This document shows, piece after piece, positions 47,627 to 57,789 of a stretch of DNA of 62,462 bases. Source of the DNA: Polyangiaceae bacterium (GTDB taxonomy: Bacteria > Myxococcota_A > Polyangia > Polyangiales > Polyangiaceae). Each line of letters begins with the position of its first letter. The first letter of the stretch is position 1. The DNA lies in NCBI GenBank assembly GCA_033763455.1, contig JANRKO010000066.1, forward strand, positions 1 to 62,462, written 5' to 3'. The notes beneath the pieces were generated by a model. It had not been told where the DNA came from. It worked only from the letters and a program-made list of their open reading frames with translations, and searched no databases. A program made the translations under genes and the position numbers.

Positions 47627-48103
47627 ATGAGCTCTATTCACAAGCTTTCGCGAAGCCAGCTAGTACCCCGTCCGCTGCCGGAAGTATTTGAGTTTTTCGG
47701 CGATGCAGCGAACCTGGAGTCGCTCACGCCTGCGTTTCTGCGGTTTCGCATCTTGACACCGATGCCTATCGAAATGGGGCCTGGCGTGCAGATCGACTAC
47801 GCGCTTTCTTTGTTCAGGGTTCCCGTTCGCTGGCGCACCCGCATTACCGAATGGCAGCCGGGTGTGCGTTTCGTGGACGAACAGGAGTCTGGCCCGTATG
47901 CACTTTGGCGACACACGCATGAGTTCGAGGCACAGGGAGGCTCCACCGTGATGCGCGACATTGTCGAGTATAAGTTGCCTCTTGGAGCGCTCGGTGCGCT
48001 AGCCCACGGGTTGTTCGTGCGTCGCACGCTTGGTCGGATCTTCGACTTCAGGCGCGATGCGGTTGAGCGTTTGCTTGGGAGTCAGGCATCTTCAATTTCG
48101 TGA
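47627..48103 (+). CDS. SRPBCC family protein
   Basis: VFEFF..NLESLTP, FVDEQESGPYALWRHTHEF. Confidence 0.88.
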   Translation: MSSIHKLSRSQLVPRPLPEVFEFFGDAANLESLTPAFLRFRILTPMPIEMGPGVQIDYALSLFRVPVRWRTRITEWQPGVRFVDEQESGPYALWRHTHEFEAQGGSTVMRDIVEYKLPLGALGALAHGLFVRRTLGRIFDFRRDAVERLLGSQASSIS

Positions 48104-48140
48104 GCTGCTGGCTCGCCGTAGGGCCTGGCAGGAGCGCGTA

Positions 48141-48265
48141 GGCTGTCTTGTTGCTTGCGGTAGCCCAGCCGTACGTGAAACGGCTCGTTGCCAAACGTCG
48201 ACCTCCTCCAGCAGCGCCCGCATGATGCCCCTACCGATGCAGCGCTTTTGGTGCGACGGCATGAG
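48141..48265 (-). pseudogene. GNAT acetyltransferase remnant
   Basis: Minus strand MPSHQKRCIGRGIMRALLEEVDVW (degenerate motif A), then frameshifted EPFHVRLGYRK. Confidence 0.5.
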
Positions 48266-48624
48266 GCCATGCGCGGGGACTAAGTCGCCGGCTCATCCCG
48301 CGACTTGCTTTCTTAGCAGTTTCAAACGCCGCAAGATATCAACACCGACGATCCCGGGCCGCTAGCCTGTTCGCTTAGCACCGAGTGGGCGCGGGTGCAG
48401 TCCGAGCTTGGTCTATCAGTCTCGGACGTTGATGCTATCATGGAGCGGTCAAGGGCTGCCGGTTTCGGTCAAGGTGATAAGGCGTCGTGCCTCCGCCGCC
48501 CGTTGTGAGAAGGTGCGGCAAATCAACTCGCGGCGTTGACAGCTTCAGGGCTGGGCTGCACTAGCGGCGCGTACAATTGCTCCTACAGCACTGGAGGATC
48601 GTTTTCGCGTTGGGTCGCCACCGA

Positions 48625-48659
48625 TTGGACATTTGTAAATCGAATTGACAAATGTCCAA
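48625..48659. promoter_or_regulatory. 12-bp inverted repeat overlapping a TTGACA -35 box
   Basis: TTGGACATTTGT-N11-ACAAATGTCCAA; TTGACA at 48645-48650. Confidence 0.6.
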
Positions 48660-48680
48660 CTTGTTGTTATTTAACAGTAT

Positions 48681-49874
48681 ATGCTTCCTAGAGCTATGGC
48701 CACTTTGCTGCGCAAGCGAGCAACCCAGTTCCCGGTTGTGCAGGTTTCCGGGCCGCGGCAGGCGGGCAAAACAACCCTTTGCAGGGCCTGTTTCGCGGGG
48801 CATGCCTACGTTTCCTTGGAATCCCCCGATGTGCTTCGGCAGGCCCGTGAAGATCCGCGTGGCTTTCTGCGAGCTATTTCGCGAGGCGCGATCCTGGATG
48901 AGGTGCAGAACGCTCCTGCCCTTTTGTCGTATTTGCAGGCAGAGGTGGACCAAGATCCGCGCCCGGGCAGATTTATCCTTACAGGTTCACAGCATTTAGC
49001 GTTAACCGCCGCAGTTACGCAGTCGCTTGCGGGACGCGTTGCGGTTCTTGAGCTGCTCCCCTTTTCGTACCAGGAGCTTCGCTCGTCTCGGCCAGATGAC
49101 GATGTGTGGACGGTGGTTTGGCGAGGCGGTTACCCAGCTCTCCTGGATCGACCGGTCGAGCCGTATGAGTGGTTGAGCAGTTATGTTGCAACCTACGTAG
49201 AACGCGATGCGCGTCAGATCCTGAATGTGACGGATCTAACAGCTTTTCAAACCTTTGTGCAGTTGGCCGCCTCGCGAACCGCCCAGATGTTAGACCACTC
49301 GCGATTGGGGGCCGATGTTGGCATCACTCACAATACCGCCAAGAAATGGTTTTCGGTTTTGGAGGCCAGCTACTTGTGTTTCCGCCTCCCGCCTTTCTTT
49401 CGCAACATCGGCAAACGCCTCGCCAAAACACCCAAGGGGCATTTTTTCGACTCGGGTTTAGTGTGCTACCTACTCGGTATCCGCTCGCCGGAGCAGCTGC
49501 GCCTCCACCCGCTTCGAGGGCCTATCTTCGAATCATGGGTGATCTCGGAAATTGTCAAGGCGTACGCTAACCAGGGCGAGCGACCCACCTTCACCTATTT
49601 TCGGGACAAACATGGCCTTGAGGTGGACGCCGTGATTGAGCTCGGCCTCTCAACATGCTCAGTTGAGATCAAATCCAGCGAAACGGTGCCCGAGGAAGCC
49701 TTCGTAGCTCTCGATCAATTGAGCAAGCTATTTGCGTCGCGGAGTGAGCCTGTGGGCGCTCATCTTACTGCGTTAGTTCATGCGGGTGCGGCGCGCTGGG
49801 ATCGGCGGGAGACTGCGGTTCTACCATGGTCAGCGGCGGGCGAATTCGCTTGGCCTGGGCTGAAAACCGATTGA
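48681..49874 (+). CDS. AAA_14 ATPase with DUF4143 (PD-(D/E)XK-like) C-terminus
   Basis: GPRQAGKTT, LDEVQ, LTGS, GGYP, YVERD, FFDSG, EVDAVIE..VEIK. Confidence 0.92.
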   Translation: MLPRAMATLLRKRATQFPVVQVSGPRQAGKTTLCRACFAGHAYVSLESPDVLRQAREDPRGFLRAISRGAILDEVQNAPALLSYLQAEVDQDPRPGRFILTGSQHLALTAAVTQSLAGRVAVLELLPFSYQELRSSRPDDDVWTVVWRGGYPALLDRPVEPYEWLSSYVATYVERDARQILNVTDLTAFQTFVQLAASRTAQMLDHSRLGADVGITHNTAKKWFSVLEASYLCFRLPPFFRNIGKRLAKTPKGHFFDSGLVCYLLGIRSPEQLRLHPLRGPIFESWVISEIVKAYANQGERPTFTYFRDKHGLEVDAVIELGLSTCSVEIKSSETVPEEAFVALDQLSKLFASRSEPVGAHLTALVHAGAARWDRRETAVLPWSAAGEFAWPGLKTD

Positions 49875-50176
49875 GGCTCCAGCGCGGAGACGGGAATGGC
49901 GTCGGGGCCTGGATCATCGAGAAGGCATCTGGCGGGGAAATTTTGAGTTCGAGGGGCCATCGGCTGACTGCGAAGGGCATCGATCGTCTTCGGGTGATGT
50001 TGGACATCATCGGTTGGAGCTCGCGGTCACCACGCTGCCGATCATGGCCGTCTGCGCGCTGGGGTCACTGCGCTCGTTGGTCCGGCTGCCAGGGCGGCCC
50101 GTCTGAGCGAGCTACGGCAGTTTGAAAATTCAAAGTGCCCCGTATCCTTTCGCCACCTTGCCCCGTCGTTCGGGGC

Positions 50177-51001
50177 ATGGACACTGAAAAGCATCGATTT
50201 GGCTCGCTCTTGGGCGGCAAGGTCGCGGTCATCCACGGCGCGGGCGGCGCGATCGGGGGCGCGGTGGCTCGCGCCTTTCACGACGAAGGAGCGCGGCTCT
50301 TTCTGGCCGGTCGCTCCCGCGGGCGGCTCGAGGAGGTCGCGGCCCCGCTCGGGCCCAGTGGTCCGCCGGTGGAACTGGCGGTGGTCGACGCCCTGGATCC
50401 GGCCGCCGTCGAGGCTCACGCAGAAGCGGTCGCGGCGCGGGCCGGACGCATCGACGTGGTGATGAACGCAGTCGGGCTGGTTCACGTGCAAGGCAAGTCG
50501 TTCAGCGAGCAGACGCTCGACGAGTTTGCGTGGCCCATCGAAGCCTACACGCGCGTCCACTTCACGATCGCCCAGGCAGCGTCGCGCTACATGCTCCCGC
50601 AACGGAGCGGCGTCATCCTCGCGCTCTCGACGCCGGGCTCACGGCTGCCGGGCCCCGGCTTCATGGGCTACGGCGTCGCGTGCGCGGCGCTCGAAGCCAT
50701 GACGCGCCACCTGGCCGGCGAGCTCGGCCCGCAAGGCATTCGCGCGATTTGTCTGAAACCCGACGCGATTCCAGACGCGCTCGGGCGCTCGCACAGCCGC
50801 GCCATCTTCGAGCCGATCGCCGCCCAGCATGGCCTCACACCCGAGGCGATGCTGGCCGAGCACGCCCAACGCAACGCGCTCTTGCGCCGCCCGCCCACGC
50901 TGTCGCAAGTGGCCGCGGCCGCTGCGTTCTACGCCTCCGAGCGCGCTGCCAGCACGACCGGCGCGGTCATCAACCTGACCTGCGGCTCGCAGCTCGATTA
51001 A
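50177..51001 (+). CDS. SDR-family oxidoreductase (atypical)
   Basis: HGAGGAIG, YGVACAALE (Lys replaced by Cys), LAGELGPQGIR. Confidence 0.88.
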   Translation: MDTEKHRFGSLLGGKVAVIHGAGGAIGGAVARAFHDEGARLFLAGRSRGRLEEVAAPLGPSGPPVELAVVDALDPAAVEAHAEAVAARAGRIDVVMNAVGLVHVQGKSFSEQTLDEFAWPIEAYTRVHFTIAQAASRYMLPQRSGVILALSTPGSRLPGPGFMGYGVACAALEAMTRHLAGELGPQGIRAICLKPDAIPDALGRSHSRAIFEPIAAQHGLTPEAMLAEHAQRNALLRRPPTLSQVAAAAAFYASERAASTTGAVINLTCGSQLD

Positions 51002-51011
51002 GCTGAGCGAC

Positions 51012-51968
51012 ATGGACGACGCCATCGCCAGCCGCGCGCGCGACGCGCACAAGCGCTTCGGCCAGGCCTTCGAGCCATTGCGCCCGGACCTCTACCGCTA
51101 CTGCCGGCACCTCACCCGCAGCCCGTGGGACGCGGAAGACTTGGCGCAAGACGCCATGGCCCGCGCGCTGGTGACGCTCGGCACCATGATTCGCCCCGAG
51201 ATCGAGAAACCGCGTGCCTGGCTGTTTCGCGTCGCCACCAACCTCTGGATCGATCGAGCGCGCCGCGCGCGCGAAGAGTTGACCGACGCGCCCGAGCTTG
51301 CCACCTCGAGCGACCCGATGGCCACGCGCGAAGCCGCCGGCACCCTGATCGGCCGCCTTTCACCGCAAGAGCGTGTCGCGGTGGTCCTCAAAGACGCCTT
51401 CGAGCTTCCGCTCGAAGACATCGCGGCCGCGCTCGACACGACGGTGGGCGCGGTCAAAGCCGCGCTCCATCGCGGCCGCAGCAAGCTCGCCGAGCCCGAG
51501 AGCAGCGCGCCCCGCATCTCGCCGCCGGCCGCCATCGACGAGTTCTGCCGAGCCTTCAACGCGCGCGATCTCTCGTCCATCACGGCCCTGCTGCTCGACA
51601 CCGTCACGGTGGAAATGCCGGGTGCCGCCATCGACCTCGACCTCGCGACCACCAGCGATCCGCGCGCCGGCATCCTCTATCACACCATGCTCTCGCCCAT
51701 CTCGGCCGGCACCCCCGCGCGCTACCTCGCCGGCTACACCGGCGGCCTACCGCGCGCCGAGCGCATCAGCCACCGGGGCGAAACGATCGTCCTTCTTTGG
51801 TACCCGCACGACACCGGCGACTGCGTGCGCTGCCTGATTCGCTTCGACCAGGCCGACGCAGCCCGCTTCTCGCGTCTACGCATCCACTACTTCTCGCCCG
51901 AGCTCTTGACGGAGGTCGCCGGCGATCTGGGGCTGCCGCTGCGTACGAACGGGCGCGCTCTGGATTGA
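51012..51968 (+). CDS. ECF sigma factor with SnoaL-like C-terminal extension
   Basis: DAEDLAQD, AWLFRVATN, LSPQER..IAAAL..VGAVKAALHRGR; C-terminal FCRAFNARD. Confidence 0.88.
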   Translation: MDDAIASRARDAHKRFGQAFEPLRPDLYRYCRHLTRSPWDAEDLAQDAMARALVTLGTMIRPEIEKPRAWLFRVATNLWIDRARRAREELTDAPELATSSDPMATREAAGTLIGRLSPQERVAVVLKDAFELPLEDIAAALDTTVGAVKAALHRGRSKLAEPESSAPRISPPAAIDEFCRAFNARDLSSITALLLDTVTVEMPGAAIDLDLATTSDPRAGILYHTMLSPISAGTPARYLAGYTGGLPRAERISHRGETIVLLWYPHDTGDCVRCLIRFDQADAARFSRLRIHYFSPELLTEVAGDLGLPLRTNGRALD

Positions 51969-52065
51969 GACAACGCAAACCCACGCAGCCCCGAGAGAAT
52001 TTGACGCACTACGGAGCGTTAAGGTCGTATTCGCTCGCCTCCATTGTTTGCTGCGGTGGTCGACG

Positions 52066-53900
52066 CCAAGGAACTTTGAAGCCACAAGACCCTTGAGCTC
52101 CTAGCCGCCGACTCAGCAGCCGGTCAAACGAGGCGGCCGTGCATCCCGGGTTATCCCTTGGGTGAAACCCAGAACTCAACAGCGAACCTGGCGGGAAGCA
52201 GCGTGAACAAGCCTCCAATGCCCGGAGTTGGCGAACGTCAACAAACCATCGCCTTCACGGCCGCTCCAAACGGAGCCCGCTGCCGCGCAGCTAAGCCGCT
52301 ACGGAAACCTGAACCCAAGTTGCCCAGGCGCAGGTGCTGGTGGTCCCCGTGGAGGAGGCCGTGGCATGAGCCCATGGTCAGCCATGAGACGCTGGATGTC
52401 TTCAGTGGCAGTAGCGGCATCACTCCAACGCATGGCACCCCCACAACGAGGACAAATATCAAGGTCGGCAGAAAATACGTGTTTCAACTGTTTCAACAGC
52501 CAAGCCCAGCGCTTGGGCGTGCTCGGCGGCTTGTCGTCAGGATTCGCGAGTAGCTCCTACTGATCGCCCGGAGCCGGTGGCGGCGCGTGGGCGGTGGGGT
52601 CGCGGCACGGCGTGGGCACCACTTCCGAGCGGAGCGCGGAATGGCTAGAAGGTACCCCAAAATACCGCACCAGGTGAAAGCGCGGTGGCGTGATAGCGGC
52701 AATGAGGCGAGCAATGAGGTCCTGGACCTCGAAGAGCACGGCGCGAGTGCCGTCTTTCCAGACGGACTTGAGCGTGAGCTCGAAGCGGCCATCGGGGCAC
52801 TTTTCCAGGCGGTCTTGGGACACGGGAGGTCGGGTGATGTAACGGCAAAGCCGCTCCAGTTGGCGGCGGTCGCGGCCGTCGACGCGCTGCTTGGCGAAGA
52901 GGCTGATGCCCCCGACTTCTGCGACGGGCTCATCGGGAGGCGCTGCTGTGGAGGTAGCCTGTGGCGGCGAAGACTGCGCGACGACGAGACGGAGGGTGGG
53001 TTGACCTGCCCGCTCGCCTGAGACAGCAACACCTTGAGCGGCAGCGGTGTAGCAGGCAGAAAGGCCAGGCTTTTGTTGCTCCAACGGGTGCGCGTCAGCC
53101 TCGCTGGGGGTGTGGGGATCGAGAGAGCGGCCGTGTTTCTTGAAGATGCGCTCCAGGTGAGTGCGCGTACGCGTGGCGACCTCTGCGACCTCGGTGCGGG
53201 TCGGAGTCGGGTGGGGAGCGGAAGACGAGCTCCTCCGTTTCAGGCGACCTCAGGTACACACCATCGAGGGCGAGTACGTGAAAGTGCACGTTGAGGCGGA
53301 GGGCAGAGTCTGAGCGCTGGATGGCGGCCACGGCTCCCGTGTGAGCTTCGTCAACTACTGCCAGCTTGAACAGGTGCTTGGCTCGCCGTTTGAGTGAACG
53401 CAACAGCTCCTCCACGGACGCACTCGTTACCCCCGCGCACAGCTTCTTGTCGTAACCGAGCAGAGCGCGCACGCCCCAGGGCAGAGCACAGATCCAGTGC
53501 CGGATGGGCACGGCAGGCAGCACGCATTCTTCAAGGTGGACAGCCGAGTCGGCCATTCGGCGACCCGCACAAGACGGACAGAAGCCTCGGCGTTTACAGG
53601 AAAACGCCACGAGCTCCGAGTGGCCAAAGGCGCGGCAGGTTAATTGCAAACAGCCGTGCTCCAGAATGCCGCAAGTGAGATATGCATCCATCTCCTCCAC
53701 CACGAACCTTGGCAATCCGCGGAGCTCTTCGAGCCGCTCGCGGTAGGCGGGCCAGTGCTCGGCCACTGCTTGGTAGAGCACCGTTTGCTCGGGTTGGCGG
53801 CGGGCGTAGCCGTCGTTGCGAGCGGCGGCAGCATGGCCGTGAGTGAGCGCGGGGTGCCCCATTTGGGGCGCTCATCGAAAGCAACGTGCCAACTTTGTCC
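52066..53900 (-). mobile_element. ISCR/IS91-like rolling-circle element (degenerate); terIS end not resolved
   Basis: oriIS-like end (minus strand GTGGCTTCAAAGTTCCTTGG) about 230 nt downstream of the transposase. Confidence 0.7.
52299..53862 (-). pseudogene. IS91/ISCR-family HUH transposase pseudogene
   Basis: FSCKRRGFCPSC Zn finger, NVHFH (HUH), LERLCRYITRP, CPRCGG; +1 frameshift near 53211, premature TAG at 52557-52559, 9-bp tandem duplication at 52480-52497. Confidence 0.92.
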
Positions 53901-54372
53901 GAGCGAGATTAGGCGCTGTAGAGGTGTGCTCCGCGGTTACCCGAGGGTGTCCGAGTTAGCCAGTGGCCGCCACCTGATGGGGCGTCGTGCCTGCGCCGGG
54001 AACTGCGGAGAGGTGCGGCCCACACACCAAAAAAAAGCAGCAACCCTTAGACTCGTGAGCCCTTCAGTCCGGTCAAGTGACGCCCTTTCTCGGATGACGC
54101 GGTTGTCCAAGATCGCACCCGCTTTCAGGCGGGTGATGCCCTGGAGCTTCCGTTCGGAGGATCCACGCAAGAAACGACAACAGTGCCGTGGCGGAACCCC
54201 CCAAGTCCTGCGCCTGCCCCGCAGTAGAGAAGCTCTTCGGGGGATCTTCGGCTATCTTGGTTCGGTCGAGGAGGCGCTCGAAGGTTATGCGTAACTCTTT
54301 GCGCCGGTGGCTCGAGCGGATAGCCTCGCCAACGCGCACCCGGAGTCTGCCCATGCCCACGCGGAGAATACA

Positions 54373-55179
54373 GTGAGTAAGAAGGCGTATGTGTTCGACG
54401 CAACGGGCCACGACTCCGAGCTTCAGCGCCTTCGTCTGATCGAGTCGGTTTTCGATTCCGGTTCACGGGAGATGTTAATTCGGGGTGGGCTCTCGAGAGG
54501 CATGAACTGCCTCGAAGTCGGGGCCGGCGCAGGGTCGATCGCGGCCTTCATGGCTAAGACGGTTGGTAGGCAGGGGCGGGTCGCTGCTGTTGACCTCAGC
54601 ACCCGCTTTCTGAGAGACATCACCGCGTCGAACATCGATGTGTATGAAGCGGATATTCTAGACGTCGATTTGCCGGCCGAGACCTTCGACGTCGCACACG
54701 CGCGGTTCGTCTTCATTCACGTGCCTGAATGGCGAGCCGCCTTAAACCGTGTGGTCCAGCTACTCAAGCCGGGAGGGCTGCTCGTGCTCGAAGAACCAGA
54801 CTTCTCCGCTTCGAGAGCGTTGTCAGGAACCGAGCCGCTTCGAGCCTCGTTCGAGCGAGTTCATCAAGCGATCTTCGCCATGTTCGAGGGACGCCAACTG
54901 GACCATGCCTTCGGGCTTCGACTACCGGCTATCTTTCAGGGTTTGTCCCTCGGTGATATGGCGCTGGTAAACGATGCCCCGATCGTGCAGGGAGGTAGCC
55001 CCTTCGCCACAATGATGGGCATGTCGGCCTCCCAGCTAAGACAGAAATACAAGGCTACGGGGCTCGCCACTGACGAGGATATCGAGAACTACCGCGCCTT
55101 TACGGCCGCTCCGTCTTCGTGGGCGATCTATCATGGCACAGTGCGAGCGGCGGCAAGGAACCGGAGAATGTGGATGTAG
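54373..55179 (+). CDS. Class I SAM-dependent methyltransferase
   Basis: LEVGAGAG, FDVAHARFV, LKPGGLLVLEEPD. Confidence 0.9.
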   Translation: MSKKAYVFDATGHDSELQRLRLIESVFDSGSREMLIRGGLSRGMNCLEVGAGAGSIAAFMAKTVGRQGRVAAVDLSTRFLRDITASNIDVYEADILDVDLPAETFDVAHARFVFIHVPEWRAALNRVVQLLKPGGLLVLEEPDFSASRALSGTEPLRASFERVHQAIFAMFEGRQLDHAFGLRLPAIFQGLSLGDMALVNDAPIVQGGSPFATMMGMSASQLRQKYKATGLATDEDIENYRAFTAAPSSWAIYHGTVRAAARNRRMWM

Positions 55180-55183
55180 CGGA

Positions 55184-55653
55184 ATGACCGCCCCGCACAC
55201 ACGAAGGCGCTTTCTACTCGGGGCATCGAGCATGCTGAGCGTTGCGTGCTCCGCTTCGAAGAGCTCGCTTCCGGCAGCTCCCCGGCTCGAGCCTTCGCGC
55301 TCCCTTGCAGACATCGAGGCCAGCATAGGCGGCCGCCTGGGAGTGTTTGCGGTGGATACCAGCAGCGGACGGGAGCTGGCCCACCGAGCGGATGAGCGCT
55401 TCGCCATGTGTTCCACGTTCAAGTGGGTGCTTGCCGCTGCTATCTTGGCAGACGTCGATCGCGGCAAACTCGCGCTCGATCAGCCAACCTGCTCCTCTCG
55501 AAGATACGTGGGCCCACGGACCTGACAAGGTTCGCTAGAGAAGCGGGCGATTCGACCACGCGCCTTGACCGCGATGAACCCAGCCTGAACAGCAACGATC
55601 CAGTTGATCCGCGCGACACCACCTCGCCGAGCACGCGCGCCGGCAAAACTGCC
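55184..55653 (+). pseudogene. Class A beta-lactamase pseudogene with internal deletions
   Basis: Tat/lipoprotein signal [23 protein letters not shown]; frameshift to [22 protein letters not shown]; then AGKT; SDN segment missing. Confidence 0.88.
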
Positions 55654-55654
55654 T

Positions 55655-56665
55655 CTATTGATCGGCCTTGGGCACCTTCAAGTCAAACTTATAGGAAAGT
55701 ATAGGTTTAGGCTCACTCTTCTCCTCCGCCTTAGCCTCCCGCGCCCGCCGTCGGTACTTTTCTGCAAGATCCTTACGGATGCCGAGCCCTGCGTGGCCGG
55801 CCTCATATATCATGGCAATGATCTCGCATGCGTCCACATCAGGCGGCGCTTGATTGCAGGCTTTTTCGAAGGAGCGAGCAGCACGCGGTCCATCTTTATG
55901 CACGCCATCGCCTTTGGCGTAGCGTAGGCCGAGGTAAAAGCAGCTCACGCTGGCTCCAAGTTCACATCCTCGGGCAAACAACCTCGCCGCAGCGACGGGG
56001 TCACGAGCCGGAAGCCCCGCGCCTTTAAGATCGGCCGCCCCAAGCACCCAACATCCCATGGGTTCCCCTGCGGAGCACGCCTTCGTCAAAAAAACGCGAC
56101 CTTTGGCAATCGCCTCGGATTGTGGTGCAGCGCCGCTTAGCGCCGCACCTGCGTACGAAATACATCCGGGGAGGACCCCCAGGTTGCAAGCGGCTTCCCA
56201 ATTAGTCATCGCTGCCGAAAGATCCTTGTCAGCTTCGATCACCCCCAACGCGAAACAAGCTTTGCCGAACCCCTGCTTACAAAATCTAGCCAGACTACAG
56301 ATCACTCTGCTCCGTTCCGTGGCGCTGGTCGCGACGCGAAAAGCGTTCATGGCCTCGCTCACGCACCCTAGGGTGAAGCCCAAGTCACACGCGCGCTGCA
56401 TATAGGATACGCCCTCACCGTCGCCACGCGTCACGACCATTTTCTCCTCACGCAGGCGCCCGATGAGGTAGCACTGCTCGCCATCCCCTCTTTTACAATC
56501 CTGAATCATCGACGCTAGTGGCTGCGACGACGTCGGATCCCGCGCGGGTTGCGCAGGGGGAGACGAGGCGCAGCGGCAAAGGGCTAGCGCCAGAAACGCC
56601 GCCAGTACTCGATGGTAAAATAGGATTGGGTCCCTAAGAGCGGTATGGACCGTCATTGATGCCAT
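55655..56665 (-). CDS. Sel1-like repeat (HcpA-like, Cys-paired) secreted protein
   Basis: Repeated ACxx[24 protein letters not shown]. Confidence 0.82.
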   Translation of the reverse strand: MASMTVHTALRDPILFYHRVLAAFLALALCRCASSPPAQPARDPTSSQPLASMIQDCKRGDGEQCYLIGRLREEKMVVTRGDGEGVSYMQRACDLGFTLGCVSEAMNAFRVATSATERSRVICSLARFCKQGFGKACFALGVIEADKDLSAAMTNWEAACNLGVLPGCISYAGAALSGAAPQSEAIAKGRVFLTKACSAGEPMGCWVLGAADLKGAGLPARDPVAAARLFARGCELGASVSCFYLGLRYAKGDGVHKDGPRAARSFEKACNQAPPDVDACEIIAMIYEAGHAGLGIRKDLAEKYRRRAREAKAEEKSEPKPILSYKFDLKVPKADQ

Positions 56666-56732
56666 CTTAGGCCAGAAGGGCGTCCGCGAGTACGCCCAGA
56701 GCCGGCCTGGTCGCTGGCCATTCGGTCATACG

Positions 56733-57135
56733 CCTAGGAAAATCGAAGCCACAAAATCCTTGGTGTCATAGCACCCGACTCAAAAGCCGATCGACGCGGC
56801 GGCCCGTGCATCGAGAGTTTGCCGAGGTTTGCGCTTGAGCGAACCTGGCGACCCCCACGGTTGAAGCCAAGGGAGCGTGGACGTGACACCGGGGGTTGGC
56901 CGGCGTGGACAAGCCGTCGCCTACACGGCCGCTCCGAACGGAGCTCGCTGCCGCGCACCTAAGCCGCTACGGAAAGCTGAAACCAAGTTGCCCTGGCGGA
57001 GGAGCTGGTGGTCCCCGTGGAGAAGGCCGTGGCATGAGGCCATGCGCGGCCATGAGGCGTTGGATGTCTTTGGAAGAGGTAGCGGCATCACTCCACCGCA
57101 TGGGGCCACCACAACGAGGACAAATACCGAGGTCA
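56733..57135 (-). mobile_element. Second, diverged ISCR/IS91-like 3' fragment (oriIS end plus transposase C-terminus)
   Basis: Collinear with 52066-52465; DLGICPRCGGPMRW..GPP..GQLGFSFP; oriIS-like GTGGCTTCGATTTTCCTAGG. Confidence 0.85.
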
Positions 57136-57789
57136 GATATCCGACGGAGCGTGCGCGGGCACTGCAGGCGACTCCTCGGCATCTGCCGGGCCCGGGAAGG
57201 CCACGAATGCAAAGACTGGTGAGATAAGGACATACAAGAAACGGTTGCGACACATAAAGGCTCCTCAAATAGCGCGACGGGACGTTAAGGGGTCGCTACG
57301 GTGCGAATATCAACACCCCAGGCATCTACACACTGCGGAGCGTAAGACGCGCATTTTACCGGATCCGCATACCTGAATGGATCGCTGCCGGACGTCGAAT
57401 TGCACAATGATTGCCTGGGCCGATCGGGAGGCCCTTAGCGCTACGGGCCGACTGGCCCGGTTAAGGGCGCAAAGTGACGTTGACCGGATCGGTCAGATGC
57501 TGTGAGGTGCGGACCACACACCCTGACGAGTGTTGACCAGCATCGATTGTGCTAGGGTGCGGGCAATGAATACGGGAAGACGGGCGAAGTGGATTGCGGC
57601 AGGGACGACAAACTAGTTGACAATGCTCCTCGCTCAGTTCGATGAGTCGCGCAGGGAGTTGTGGATGTATCTGTGCGCTGCCGGGATCGCGTTGTCAGTC
57701 GCATCCCTAGTGGGGTTGTATCGTCAGCGCGCGAGCGCGGCGCGGTGAGCAGGCCGCAGACGTTAAGAGTTGAAAACACGCCCTCCCGG

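Noticed and set aside
53644..54294. 216-aa plus-strand ORF
   Set aside because: Its 5' part is antisense to the transposase and the rest crosses the IS upstream region; no recognisable motifs
57289..57346. Tn3-like inverted repeat (GGGG...TAAG)
   Set aside because: Spacing is far longer than 38 bp and there is no partner repeat or Tn3 transposase
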